Source: Congregibacter sp. (lineage in GTDB: Bacteria > Pseudomonadota > Gammaproteobacteria > Pseudomonadales > Halieaceae). Taken from it: DNA of 64,000 nt. Below, piece by piece: positions 50,496-58,308 of this stretch (positions within the stretch are counted from its first letter, which is position 1; every line of letters begins with the position of its first letter). The translations under genes were made by a program, and so were the position numbers. The notes beneath the pieces were generated by a model that saw only the letters and a program-made list of their open reading frames with translations, was not told where the DNA came from and searched no databases. The stretch is from the NCBI RefSeq assembly GCF_965660375.1, contig NZ_CBFHZO010000121.1, positions 3,250 to 67,249 of the forward strand, written 5' to 3'.

Positions 50496-50707
50496 CCCTG
50501 GGGTTCCTTTTGCGCCGGGGGGCGCCCCTGTTCTTTACTCTGTTCTTTGCTCTGCGTCTCCCTTTGTACCGCCTGCTGCCGGAGTGCTTCGGCCTTGCGC
50601 ATCTTTTGTTTTTTATGAAGCGGCACCAGCAACCCAATCAGCCAGAACGTGGTGCCAAGGACCAGCACCACCACGAATATTGTCAGTCCCAGTAAAGCAA
50701 GGTTCAT
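50492..50707 (-). CDS. hypothetical small membrane protein (71 aa)
   Basis: ATG 50707 preceded by GGGAG at 6-nt spacing. One TM helix (LALLGLTIFVVVLVLGTTFWLIGLLV), then a Lys/Gln/Glu-rich tail. No family recognised. Confidence 0.45.
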   Translation of the reverse strand: MNLALLGLTIFVVVLVLGTTFWLIGLLVPLHKKQKMRKAEALRQQAVQRETQSKEQSKEQGRPPAQKEPQG

Positions 50708-50789
50708 GGCAACTCCCAGCCCTCCCCGCGGGTGAACACAAAACTTGACGCTATCATGAAATGCGCGTCGGTTTCCCGGGCGGTCAGGC

Positions 50790-50815
50790 AAAAAAAACCC
50801 CGCTCGTGAGCGGGG
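50790..50815 (-). terminator. intrinsic terminator downstream of ompW
   Basis: Minus strand reads CCCCGCT-CACG-AGCGGGG (7-bp stem, 4-nt loop) followed by T8. It lies 45 nt after the ompW stop. Confidence 0.8.
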
Positions 50816-50859
50816 AATCACAGGGGGATGACGCTAAGAGCGCCACCTCATTAAAAGCT

Positions 50860-51561
50860 TTAAAATTTGTAGGCGACACCGACGTTGTAAACCCAGGGAT
50901 CGATATCAACATCAAAACTCACCCTGGCATTGGCACCACCACCGGTAGTAACGTCGATGTCCGCCGTCGTACCAATATCGATGTACCAGACGCCTAGGTT
51001 CAGCGCCCACTTGTCGTTCAGAGGGATGTCGACACCCGCTTGAGCAGCAAGTCCGACAGAGTCTTCGAGAGACAGTTGTGCGGAAGTCACGTCCAATAGA
51101 TCACCCAAAACCGCACCAAGTTCACCATCAACTTTTTCATTAAAGAACGTCGTGTAGTTCACACCCAGACCCAGGTAGGGCTGCCAGCCATCCATGCCAC
51201 CACGGGGATACCACTGAATGCTCACTGTGGGGGGTAAGTGCTTGGTGGAGCCTGCTGCTACCGGTAAGTCCGCCAGGTCGATGTCATGCTCAAAAGGCGT
51301 GGCCGCAAGAAGCTCCACACCCCAGTTATCGGACATCATCCAGACTCCCATGAGGCTGATGGCAGTACCGTTATCAACATCTACACCGCCCGGTAACACC
51401 GTCACGGGATCCGTTGGAAGCTCGATGGGATCACTGTCACCCGAAGGGGCCACCGTAGCAACACCGCCGCGGATAATAATGTCGCCCTGCTCGTAGGCCT
51501 GTGCGCCCATACAAGCAATACCCAACCCGGCCGCAACGGCGAGAACAAGCTGTTTCTTCAT
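50860..51561 (-). CDS. ompW: OmpW-family outer-membrane protein
   Basis: Signal peptide MKKQLVLAVAAGLGIACMGAQA, 8-strand barrel size, C-terminal VGVAYKF. ATG 51561 has an AAGGAG SD. The track ORF is extended 132 codons upstream. Confidence 0.9.
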   Translation of the reverse strand: MKKQLVLAVAAGLGIACMGAQAYEQGDIIIRGGVATVAPSGDSDPIELPTDPVTVLPGGVDVDNGTAISLMGVWMMSDNWGVELLAATPFEHDIDLADLPVAAGSTKHLPPTVSIQWYPRGGMDGWQPYLGLGVNYTTFFNEKVDGELGAVLGDLLDVTSAQLSLEDSVGLAAQAGVDIPLNDKWALNLGVWYIDIGTTADIDVTTGGGANARVSFDVDIDPWVYNVGVAYKF

Positions 51562-51643
51562 AATGATGTCACTCCTTTCCCTAAAATAAATGCCCTTGGG
51601 GCACCCTATGCATGCATCATAAGAGCGCTCGTAACGCCAAGCA

Positions 51644-51657
51644 TTGATATCGGTCAA
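51644..51657. promoter_or_regulatory. FNR/Anr box in the ompW / protease divergent region
   Basis: TTGAT-ATCG-GTCAA. On the minus strand a TATGAT -10 hexamer (51616..51621) lies 32 nt from the box centre, which is class II geometry for ompW. Confidence 0.6.
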
Positions 51658-51672
51658 GTTTCGTGACTTGCG

Positions 51673-52521
51673 GTGTATAGTTATCAAAACCTGCGATTTT
51701 CCGAGCGTCTGGAGAACGCTCAGAACACCCGGGAGTACCCTCGAGAGTACCCCCGAAAGAAACTCATCCTTGCACCCTTTATCACCGAGACACTGCTGAT
51801 CAAACTTCACCTCACTCTGGCCGCCGTGCTCTTCATCGTCACAGCGGTTCTGCGGGCCGACTTCGTGAACGCCTCTGAGCGCTACGGCACCGCGCTCGCG
51901 AGCGTCGGACAGCTCCATGTGCCCGGGCAGCGCTTTGAGAACGGTTATGCCAGGCACTACGATGAAGACTGCTCGGCGACGTTGATCACGGACGATGAAC
52001 GATCCAAAAGCTCAAGGTTCATCGTCAGCGCATGGCACTGCATGGAGTTTTATCGCGATACGAGCAAGGCGCTGACCTTCGAGACGGCCATGGGAGAGAT
52101 CCGTACCGCCAACCTCATTACCAGTGGTGGCAGCATGTACAGCGACTGGGCCCTTCTGAGTCTTAATGCTCCCCTGCCCCATCCCGCGGTCCTTGCTATG
52201 GAGGAACGGGAGGAAATGGAGGAAAAAGAAGCCGCAGACACCTTGCTCATGGCGGGATATCCGCGCCGCGCCTCCAGCCAAAGGAAAGTGCTGGAGACCG
52301 CGCGCAACTGTCGCATCACTGGCAGGGATGACCGGGACACAAAAAGCAATTGCGTCCTGCAAAAGGGCGCCTCCGGTGGGGCGGTATTTCAAGCCGGACA
52401 AAAGATCCGCTATCTGGGCGTCATATCTCGCGGCGATGGGGAGTCACAAAGTATCTATGTTCCCCTGAAGCGATTTCGCGCCAGAATTAGCGCTCACCTG
52501 GAGCGCGGTCGTCTTCCTTAA
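51673..52521 (+). CDS. trypsin-like (S1 family) serine protease, probably membrane-anchored
   Basis: Putative triad contexts are SAWHC (His), SDWALLSL (Asp) and KGASGGAV (Ser, a GDSGG variant). A hydrophobic segment at aa 31-60 follows PRKK. GTG start at 51673 is uncertain. Confidence 0.6.
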   Translation: MYSYQNLRFSERLENAQNTREYPREYPRKKLILAPFITETLLIKLHLTLAAVLFIVTAVLRADFVNASERYGTALASVGQLHVPGQRFENGYARHYDEDCSATLITDDERSKSSRFIVSAWHCMEFYRDTSKALTFETAMGEIRTANLITSGGSMYSDWALLSLNAPLPHPAVLAMEEREEMEEKEAADTLLMAGYPRRASSQRKVLETARNCRITGRDDRDTKSNCVLQKGASGGAVFQAGQKIRYLGVISRGDGESQSIYVPLKRFRARISAHLERGRLP

Positions 52522-52843
52522 CATCGGCCTGCGTTGGCCGGAGCATTTCCTCCACTTCATCCACGGCACGATCAATGGTGAGTTCTCCACTGTCGGCGTG
52601 GTCGTCAAACAGGTTGATCATCCGGTCTGAACGCCGGCCCAGAAGCATGAGGCGAAGATAAAGACTGTGTTCGACCTTGGGTCTGGTGACAGCGTCAATA
52701 ATAAAAGCGATGAGGCTAAGGGGACTCAATAAAAAATCCCGAAGCGCATCGGCGGCCAGTTTGAGCTGAAAGACAAGCACGTGTCGCAGGGCAGCTGAGG
52801 TGGCCACACGCTCGTCCTCATCACCATCGTCATTCCTGAACAT
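52487..52843 (-). CDS. hypothetical protein (118 aa)
   Basis: ATG 52843 preceded by GGAGG at 6-nt spacing, 29 nt downstream of the TPP-enzyme stop. Acidic N- and C-termini flank a hydrophobic core (FLLSPLSLIAFIIDAV). No family recognised. Confidence 0.5.
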   Translation of the reverse strand: MFRNDDGDEDERVATSAALRHVLVFQLKLAADALRDFLLSPLSLIAFIIDAVTRPKVEHSLYLRLMLLGRRSDRMINLFDDHADSGELTIDRAVDEVEEMLRPTQADVKEDDRAPGER

Positions 52844-52872
52844 GATCAACCTCCGTCAAGAGAGCGCGGGTA

Positions 52873-54507
52873 TTAATACCAGCTATCCACAGGGCCACTG
52901 AGAAAAGAGGCCTCGGGCAACTCCAGAACAGCGGGTCTCTGGCCCTCCAACGCAGCCTTGAGGGCATCCTTTAGAGCGCCCGGGGTCTCCACCCTTTGAG
53001 CGAAGCAACCCAGGGCGCCGGCGGCGGCAACAAAATCCGGGGCGTCGATATCCACGCCAATGGGTTTGATGTCGTCAGCCAGCATCCCTTCGCGTATCTC
53101 CCGGTAGCCGTTGTTGTTCCAAAGCAGCAGGATCACCGGCAGCTTCTCCTGCACCGCGGACGCAAGCTCCATGAAGGTAAACTGCGCGGCACCGTCGCCC
53201 ATAAGCGCAACAACCGGCACGTCGTCAGGCAGTGCCCTACGAGCCCCCATAGCAGCAGGTAATGCATAACCGAGAGTGCCGCCGCCCGTGGCGGAATGAA
53301 AGTACCGGCGCTCTGCGCTGGCCTCGTATTGCCACACGGCGTAGTAGGTGGGCAGCGTGCTGTCACCCACGAGGCAGAGCCCCGGAAGAGACGCCTGAAG
53401 GTTGTCAAAAAACGCCTGTATCTCCGTATTCCAATGCTGCTCTGTCACCATTGCTGCCCGGGTGGCGGCGACGCGCACAGCGCCTGAGCGGTCCCTGCTC
53501 TGGCCCTCAAGAATTGCGAGCAGTGACGCCAGGCTCTGCCTGGCATCACCGCAGAGCGCCAGATGGGGTCGCTGGTTACGACAAAGCTGCGCGGGATCAA
53601 TATCAATTCTTGCGAGCCACGCCGGATTTTCCAGCTCGCCCAGAAACAGCATGTCGTAATCTGTCTCACCAAACTCAGTGCCCACTGCCAAAACCACATC
53701 GGCAGCTGCGATCATTTCCCGCACCGTGGCCAGACTCGCACTGCCGCCGACCAGCAGAGGGTGAGCACGGGGGAGCAGGCCCTTGGCATTGACCGTCGTC
53801 ACCACCGGAATGTCCAAACGCTCAGCGAACTCACGGACCTTCTCACCGGCGCTCACTGCACCTCCCCCGACAATAAGCAGAGGGGTCTCGGCCTCACGCA
53901 GTCGGTCCGCCAGTTCCTGCAGGCCCTCACTGTTCGCGGCGGGGGGCAAAACGGGGGGCCAGGGAATCGTCGACACTGCGCCGGCATCCTGGGTTATCAC
54001 ATCCAAAGGAATCTGCAGGTGCACCGGTCCCGGTCGGGCGCTGGAAAACACAGCAAATGCCCGTGCCAGCACCTTGGGCAACTCCCCGGGACTCATGAGG
54101 GTGTGACTGAAGCGACTGCATTGGCTCCCGAGCGCCGACTGGTCCGGCACGTCATGCAAACGACCCTCCCCCATGGCCAGGTCCTTACGGGCTGCAACGG
54201 CGGTGACTACGAGCATGGGCACGGAATCCGCCAGCGCTTGCATCATGGCTGTTATCGCGTTTCCGAGACCGGGACCCGAGATCAGAAAGCAGGCTGCGGG
54301 CCGGCCGCAGGCCCGAGCGTAACCATCAGCCATAAACGCAGCCCCCTGCTCGTGGCGGGGAGATATATGGCGAATCGAACTACTGTCCAGACCGCGGTAA
54401 AGCTGCACAGTGTGGTTCCCGGGAATACCAAAAACAGTGTCAATACCGTAGGCCTCGAGAAGCGCTACCAGTCGCTCTCCACAGCTCACTGTTACCGCTG
54501 TGCTCAC
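52873..54507 (-). CDS. thiamine-pyrophosphate-dependent enzyme (acetolactate synthase large subunit / 5-guanidino-2-oxopentanoate decarboxylase-like)
   Basis: N-terminal TPP-Pyr domain (DTVFGIPGNHTVQLY, RHEQGAAFMADGYAR, SGPGLGNA) and C-terminal TPP-binding GDGAAQF...NN motif. Confidence 0.85.
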   Translation of the reverse strand: MSTAVTVSCGERLVALLEAYGIDTVFGIPGNHTVQLYRGLDSSSIRHISPRHEQGAAFMADGYARACGRPAACFLISGPGLGNAITAMMQALADSVPMLVVTAVAARKDLAMGEGRLHDVPDQSALGSQCSRFSHTLMSPGELPKVLARAFAVFSSARPGPVHLQIPLDVITQDAGAVSTIPWPPVLPPAANSEGLQELADRLREAETPLLIVGGGAVSAGEKVREFAERLDIPVVTTVNAKGLLPRAHPLLVGGSASLATVREMIAAADVVLAVGTEFGETDYDMLFLGELENPAWLARIDIDPAQLCRNQRPHLALCGDARQSLASLLAILEGQSRDRSGAVRVAATRAAMVTEQHWNTEIQAFFDNLQASLPGLCLVGDSTLPTYYAVWQYEASAERRYFHSATGGGTLGYALPAAMGARRALPDDVPVVALMGDGAAQFTFMELASAVQEKLPVILLLWNNNGYREIREGMLADDIKPIGVDIDAPDFVAAAGALGCFAQRVETPGALKDALKAALEGQRPAVLELPEASFLSGPVDSWY

Positions 54508-54508
54508 G

Positions 54509-55456
54509 TCAAAGGCCCTCTGCCTGTTCCGGATGGGGCGAGCCTAGCGCTCCTTCACCGATATGCTGCTCCCCCCGGGCTTTGGCCAGCTCTACCTGAC
54601 GCTGGCGCTCGGCAAAGCGCGCCCGCTGCTCATCGCTCTGTTTGTCGATGCAGTGGGGGCAGCTCACGCCTTTGACATAATGGTCGGAGCGGAGGTCTTC
54701 CGCATTGATGGGATGGCGGCAGGCGAAGCACTGATCATAACTGCCTCTTTCCAGATTGTGATTGACCGCCACCCGGTCATCAAACACAAAGCACTCACCC
54801 TCCCAGCTGCTGGATTCCGGAGGAACATCCTCCAGATACTTAAGAATCCCGCCCTTGAGGTGATAAACCTCGTCAAAGCCCTGCTCAAGGAGGTAGGAGG
54901 AGGCCTTTTCGCAGCGAATTCCTCCGGTGCAAAACATCGCAACCTTGGAATTTTTATCCGGATCCAGGTTTTCTTCCACCCAGGCCGGAAAATCACGAAA
55001 GGTCGTAATGCCGGGATCCACGGCGCCGCGAAAGCTGCCTATGGCGCACTCGTAGTCATTGCGGGTATCGATCAGGGTCACATCCGGGTCAGCGAGCACA
55101 CCATCCCACTGCCCCGGCGTGACATAGGTACCCACAACGCGATTAGGATCCACCTGGGGAACTCCCATGGTGACGATTTCCTTTTTGAGCTTTACTTTCA
55201 TGCGCAAAAAAGGCTGCTCGTCGTGGAGCGATTCCTTGTGATCCAGGTCCTTTAGCCGGGGATCGGAGCGCAGCCAGGCAAGCACCGCATCCATCGCTTC
55301 GCGGCTACCCGCCACCGTGCCATTGATACCTTCACCCGCGAGCAGCAAGGTACCTTTGAGCCCATGAACTCGACACTGCTCCAGTAGAGGCTCCCTTAGC
55401 GCCTCGTAATCCTCGAGGGCGACAAACTTGTAGAGGGCAGCAACGACGACAGTCAT
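54509..55456 (-). CDS. trhO: rhodanese-domain tRNA uridine(34) hydroxylase TrhO (YceA/UPF0176)
   Basis: ALYKFV N-terminus, rhodanese active-site loop [13 protein letters not shown]-terminal Cys pairs (CFACRHP, CPHC). Confidence 0.85.
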   Translation of the reverse strand: MTVVVAALYKFVALEDYEALREPLLEQCRVHGLKGTLLLAGEGINGTVAGSREAMDAVLAWLRSDPRLKDLDHKESLHDEQPFLRMKVKLKKEIVTMGVPQVDPNRVVGTYVTPGQWDGVLADPDVTLIDTRNDYECAIGSFRGAVDPGITTFRDFPAWVEENLDPDKNSKVAMFCTGGIRCEKASSYLLEQGFDEVYHLKGGILKYLEDVPPESSSWEGECFVFDDRVAVNHNLERGSYDQCFACRHPINAEDLRSDHYVKGVSCPHCIDKQSDEQRARFAERQRQVELAKARGEQHIGEGALGSPHPEQAEGL

Positions 55457-55788
55457 CAGGCTTGTTCCCCGCTATCAGCCTTGCTGCCCCCGAGACAATC
55501 CGGCGACACCGGTGCCTCATGGGTTTTCTCCTGCCACTCCCGCGGGTCGTAAAGGTGCATCGCGAGGGCATGAATGGGGCCTGCAAGCAGCTCCGCCAGC
55601 TCCTTGTAGACCAGTTGATGCCGAGCCACGGCGCGCTTGCCCTCAAAGGCTGTGGATGCCATGACCAGCCGGAAATGGGTCTCCGAATTTGCCGGCACGC
55701 TGTGCATATGGCTCTCATTTTCCACCTCAAGCCAGTGGGGCGAAAACGTCGCCTGTAACTGAGACCGTAATTGTTCTTGAACGCTCAT
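55456..55788 (-). CDS. bolA: BolA family protein
   Basis: [13 protein letters not shown]...[15 protein letters not shown]...RHQLVY...IHALAMH matches the BolA fold signature. ATG 55788 has an AGGAGA SD. The track ORF is extended 105 codons. Confidence 0.85.
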   Translation of the reverse strand: MSVQEQLRSQLQATFSPHWLEVENESHMHSVPANSETHFRLVMASTAFEGKRAVARHQLVYKELAELLAGPIHALAMHLYDPREWQEKTHEAPVSPDCLGGSKADSGEQA

Positions 55789-55893
55789 AACTTCTCCTGA
55801 AATACCACGGCGATTATACGCTCCGCTCAACGCTCTTTCAGCGCCTGTTAGCAAAGGATTTCCCGCAACCCGGGGAAGCTCTATAATCAGAGC

Positions 55894-56712
55894 ATGGCTA
55901 CTGACACTGAAGAGCGCTACGACATCGCCTTTGCGGGTGAATGCCTGGACGGGAAAGACCCCCAGGCAGTGCGTGCCGCTGTGGGGGCGTTGTTCAAGGC
56001 AGACGCGGCAACCCTTGAGCGTCTTTTCTCGGGCACTCGCCAGCGCATCAAACGCAATTGCGACAAAGCCACGGCACTCAAGTACCAGAAAAGCCTGGCC
56101 CATGCCGGTGCCAAGGCCATCGTCACCCGGGCGAGCGGCGCGAGCGAGGCGGGATCGGCACCCTCACCCACGCCCACCGACAACGCTGCAACGGACAAGG
56201 CCTCAGAGGGCGAGCCTTCAGTGTCTCCTGGCCAGGATGCGGCGCCGCCTCAAAACGCCGATGACGGTCTGAAAGTATTGCCCGGCGGCAGCGACATCCT
56301 GAGGCCCGATGAGCGGGTCGTTCACGAAGACGCCGCTGTCGATCTCAGTCATCTGTCCCTGGCAGAAACCGGTGACCGTCTCAGTGATGCCACTACCGAT
56401 GAAGCGCCCGCAGTAGACGTGCCTGAGCTAGACGTTGCTGAACCGGGGGCGCACATGGGTCCTGCGGACACGGCGCCTCCGCCACCCGCACCGGACATCT
56501 CCTCTTTCGGCCTGGCGCCGGCCGGCGCAGACCTCAAAGTTCCGGAGGGCCACGGCGCAGCGCCACCCCAGATCAATACGGATCACCTGAATCTGGCGGA
56601 ATCGGGCGGTGATTTACTGAACGCCGATGAACGTCCGGTCGACGAGGTTGAGGCGCCGGATACCAGTCATCTGGCATTGGACGCCGACGAAGACGCAACA
56701 AAAACTGAGTAG
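55894..56712 (+). CDS. hypothetical acidic protein: ~78-aa N-terminal domain plus disordered tail with repeated motifs
   Basis: Long ORF with no SD. TATAAT at 55882..55887 lies 6 nt before the ATG. The C-terminal half is Asp/Glu/Pro/Ala-rich and carries four copies of a D-x-S-H-L-x-L-A-like motif. No family recognised. Confidence 0.6.
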   Translation: MATDTEERYDIAFAGECLDGKDPQAVRAAVGALFKADAATLERLFSGTRQRIKRNCDKATALKYQKSLAHAGAKAIVTRASGASEAGSAPSPTPTDNAATDKASEGEPSVSPGQDAAPPQNADDGLKVLPGGSDILRPDERVVHEDAAVDLSHLSLAETGDRLSDATTDEAPAVDVPELDVAEPGAHMGPADTAPPPPAPDISSFGLAPAGADLKVPEGHGAAPPQINTDHLNLAESGGDLLNADERPVDEVEAPDTSHLALDADEDATKTE

Positions 56713-56716
56713 CACT

Positions 56717-57208
56717 GTGAATATCGACACCCTTCCCGCTCCGGCTCTTCCCCGCCGTCTTGCAGCTATTGTTTACGACTCCCTGCTAGTCATACCGCTG
56801 ATCATGGTCTGCGTGGCTATAGGACTGGGCATCCGACAGCTATTGGGGAGCGCGGCCGACAGCCTGCTTCCCGCAACGGCAGTACAAACCATCGCCGTCC
56901 TGAGCTGCATCGGCTTCTTTGGCGTGTTCTGGTTGAAAAGTGGCCAGACCCTGGGCATGCAGGCCTGGCGTCTAAAGCTGATACCCATGCCGGGCAATGA
57001 ACTGAGCTTTGGCCGCGTAATAACCCGCTGTCTCTCAGCGCTGTTGTCAGCACTATGCCTGGGACTGGGGTACTGGTGGTGCTTGTTTGACAAGCGCAAT
57101 CGCTGTTGGCACGACTACCTGTCGGGGACCGAGCTGGTATTGCTGCCCAAAAAGGACAAGCAAGGCAAAAAGAACGATAAAACGCAGACCACCGACCGAG
57201 ATTCCTGA
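56717..57208 (+). CDS. RDD family membrane protein
   Basis: PRRLAAIVYDSLLV (RDD-type N-terminal motif), three TM helices, WHDYLSGT near the C-terminus. GTG 56717 is 4 nt after the upstream stop. The track ORF is extended 30 codons. Confidence 0.75.
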   Translation: MNIDTLPAPALPRRLAAIVYDSLLVIPLIMVCVAIGLGIRQLLGSAADSLLPATAVQTIAVLSCIGFFGVFWLKSGQTLGMQAWRLKLIPMPGNELSFGRVITRCLSALLSALCLGLGYWWCLFDKRNRCWHDYLSGTELVLLPKKDKQGKKNDKTQTTDRDS

Positions 57209-57249
57209 GGGCTACTCATCGCCCTCGAAGATCTGCGACCTGCGGGTGT

Positions 57250-58308
57250 TCAAGCCTTCCTCAGTAAATAAAGCCCCACCAGAACGCAGCTAAGGACCGG
57301 CGCCAGTGCGGCATACAGGGGCGGGAAACCAAATACCAGACTGGCCGGTCCCAGCAGGTCCTGACTGAGCTGAAACAGGATACCCACCATCACGCCGGCA
57401 AAAATCCGAAAACCCAAAGTGCCATCCCGCAGGGGTCCGAAGACAAAGGAAATGGCAATGAGAACCAGTGCAGCCACAGCCGCCGGCTGCATAAGCTTTC
57501 GCCAGGTTGCCAATTCAAAGTGCGCAACATCTTCACCCTGGGAGCGCAAAAACGCCGCGTAGTCCACAAGATCCACCAGCGTCAGCTGCGAGGGAGCCAC
57601 GTTCTCCAGCGATAAAATTTTGGGGGTTATATTGCTCGGCAAAAAAAGCTCCGGGGCTGAACTCTTACTGATACGGTCTTTGGCAAACTCGCTGGTCTGC
57701 ACGTCCCGGAGGCGCCAGCCCTCACCGTCGTAGCGCCCGCTGTCGGCAAAAAGCGCCCGCTGCATCCAACCATCTTCCTCGAATTCGTAAGCGGTGATGC
57801 CAAAAACCTCGTTATCCGCAGCGACGGCCTGAACGTGAAAGAACAACACCCCGTCCCTGCGCCAGATACCCTGCCCTGTATCCACCTGCCTTCCGGCATA
57901 CCGGGCGATGGCTCTCCCGCTTTGCGCCTGCTGCTCTGCCTTTGGCGCGATGTATTCACCCAACAGGAAACCAAAAACAGCGATGACGAGCGCCTGCTTG
58001 AGAACCATCCATGCCAGACGCCCGTTGGAGATACCCGCGGCGCGCATAACCACCAACTCACTGGTTGATGCGAGCTGACCGAGCCCGACCAGGGCGCCGA
58101 TCAGTGCCGCGAAGGGGATGAACTCGTAAACCCGACGCGGCATGGTAAGCATGACGTAGCGTCCGATTTCGGCAAAACCATAGCTTGCGCTGCGACTGTC
58201 CGACTCATCAATAAACGCCGACAAACCGTCGATTCCGACAATCACCAACAGCACCAGAAGAATGGAGAGCCATACCGTGCGTGCCACATAGCGGTCCAAC
58301 TTGCGCAT
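57250..58308 (-). CDS. lptG: LPS export ABC transporter permease LptG
   Basis: YjgP/YjgQ permease topology, LDRYV N-terminus, directly follows lptF. Confidence 0.9.
   Translation of the reverse strand: MRKLDRYVARTVWLSILLVLLVIVGIDGLSAFIDESDSRSASYGFAEIGRYVMLTMPRRVYEFIPFAALIGALVGLGQLASTSELVVMRAAGISNGRLAWMVLKQALVIAVFGFLLGEYIAPKAEQQAQSGRAIARYAGRQVDTGQGIWRRDGVLFFHVQAVAADNEVFGITAYEFEEDGWMQRALFADSGRYDGEGWRLRDVQTSEFAKDRISKSSAPELFLPSNITPKILSLENVAPSQLTLVDLVDYAAFLRSQGEDVAHFELATWRKLMQPAAVAALVLIAISFVFGPLRDGTLGFRIFAGVMVGILFQLSQDLLGPASLVFGFPPLYAALAPVLSCVLVGLYLLRKA

Noticed and set aside
50745-50758. TTGACgctaTCATG as an FNR box for the 71-aa ORF
   Set aside because: One half-site is acceptable and the other is not. 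No appropriately spaced -10 hexamer was found on the minus strand.
51562-51957. Upstream extensions of track ORFs
   Set aside because: The affected ORFs are ompW (shown here), bolA 55789..56103, sdhE 32613..32759, adk, mucD, the TauE-like gene 49413..49754, ccoI 46984..47118 and RDD 56627..56716. In each case an internal start with an SD, or with a canonical family N-terminus or signal peptide, exists. The extension overlaps a neighbouring gene or promoter.
53563-54675. 370-aa plus-strand ORF
   Set aside because: It lies antisense to the TPP-dependent enzyme and the trhO 3' end. The composition is low-complexity Arg/Gly/His-rich. This is a shadow ORF.
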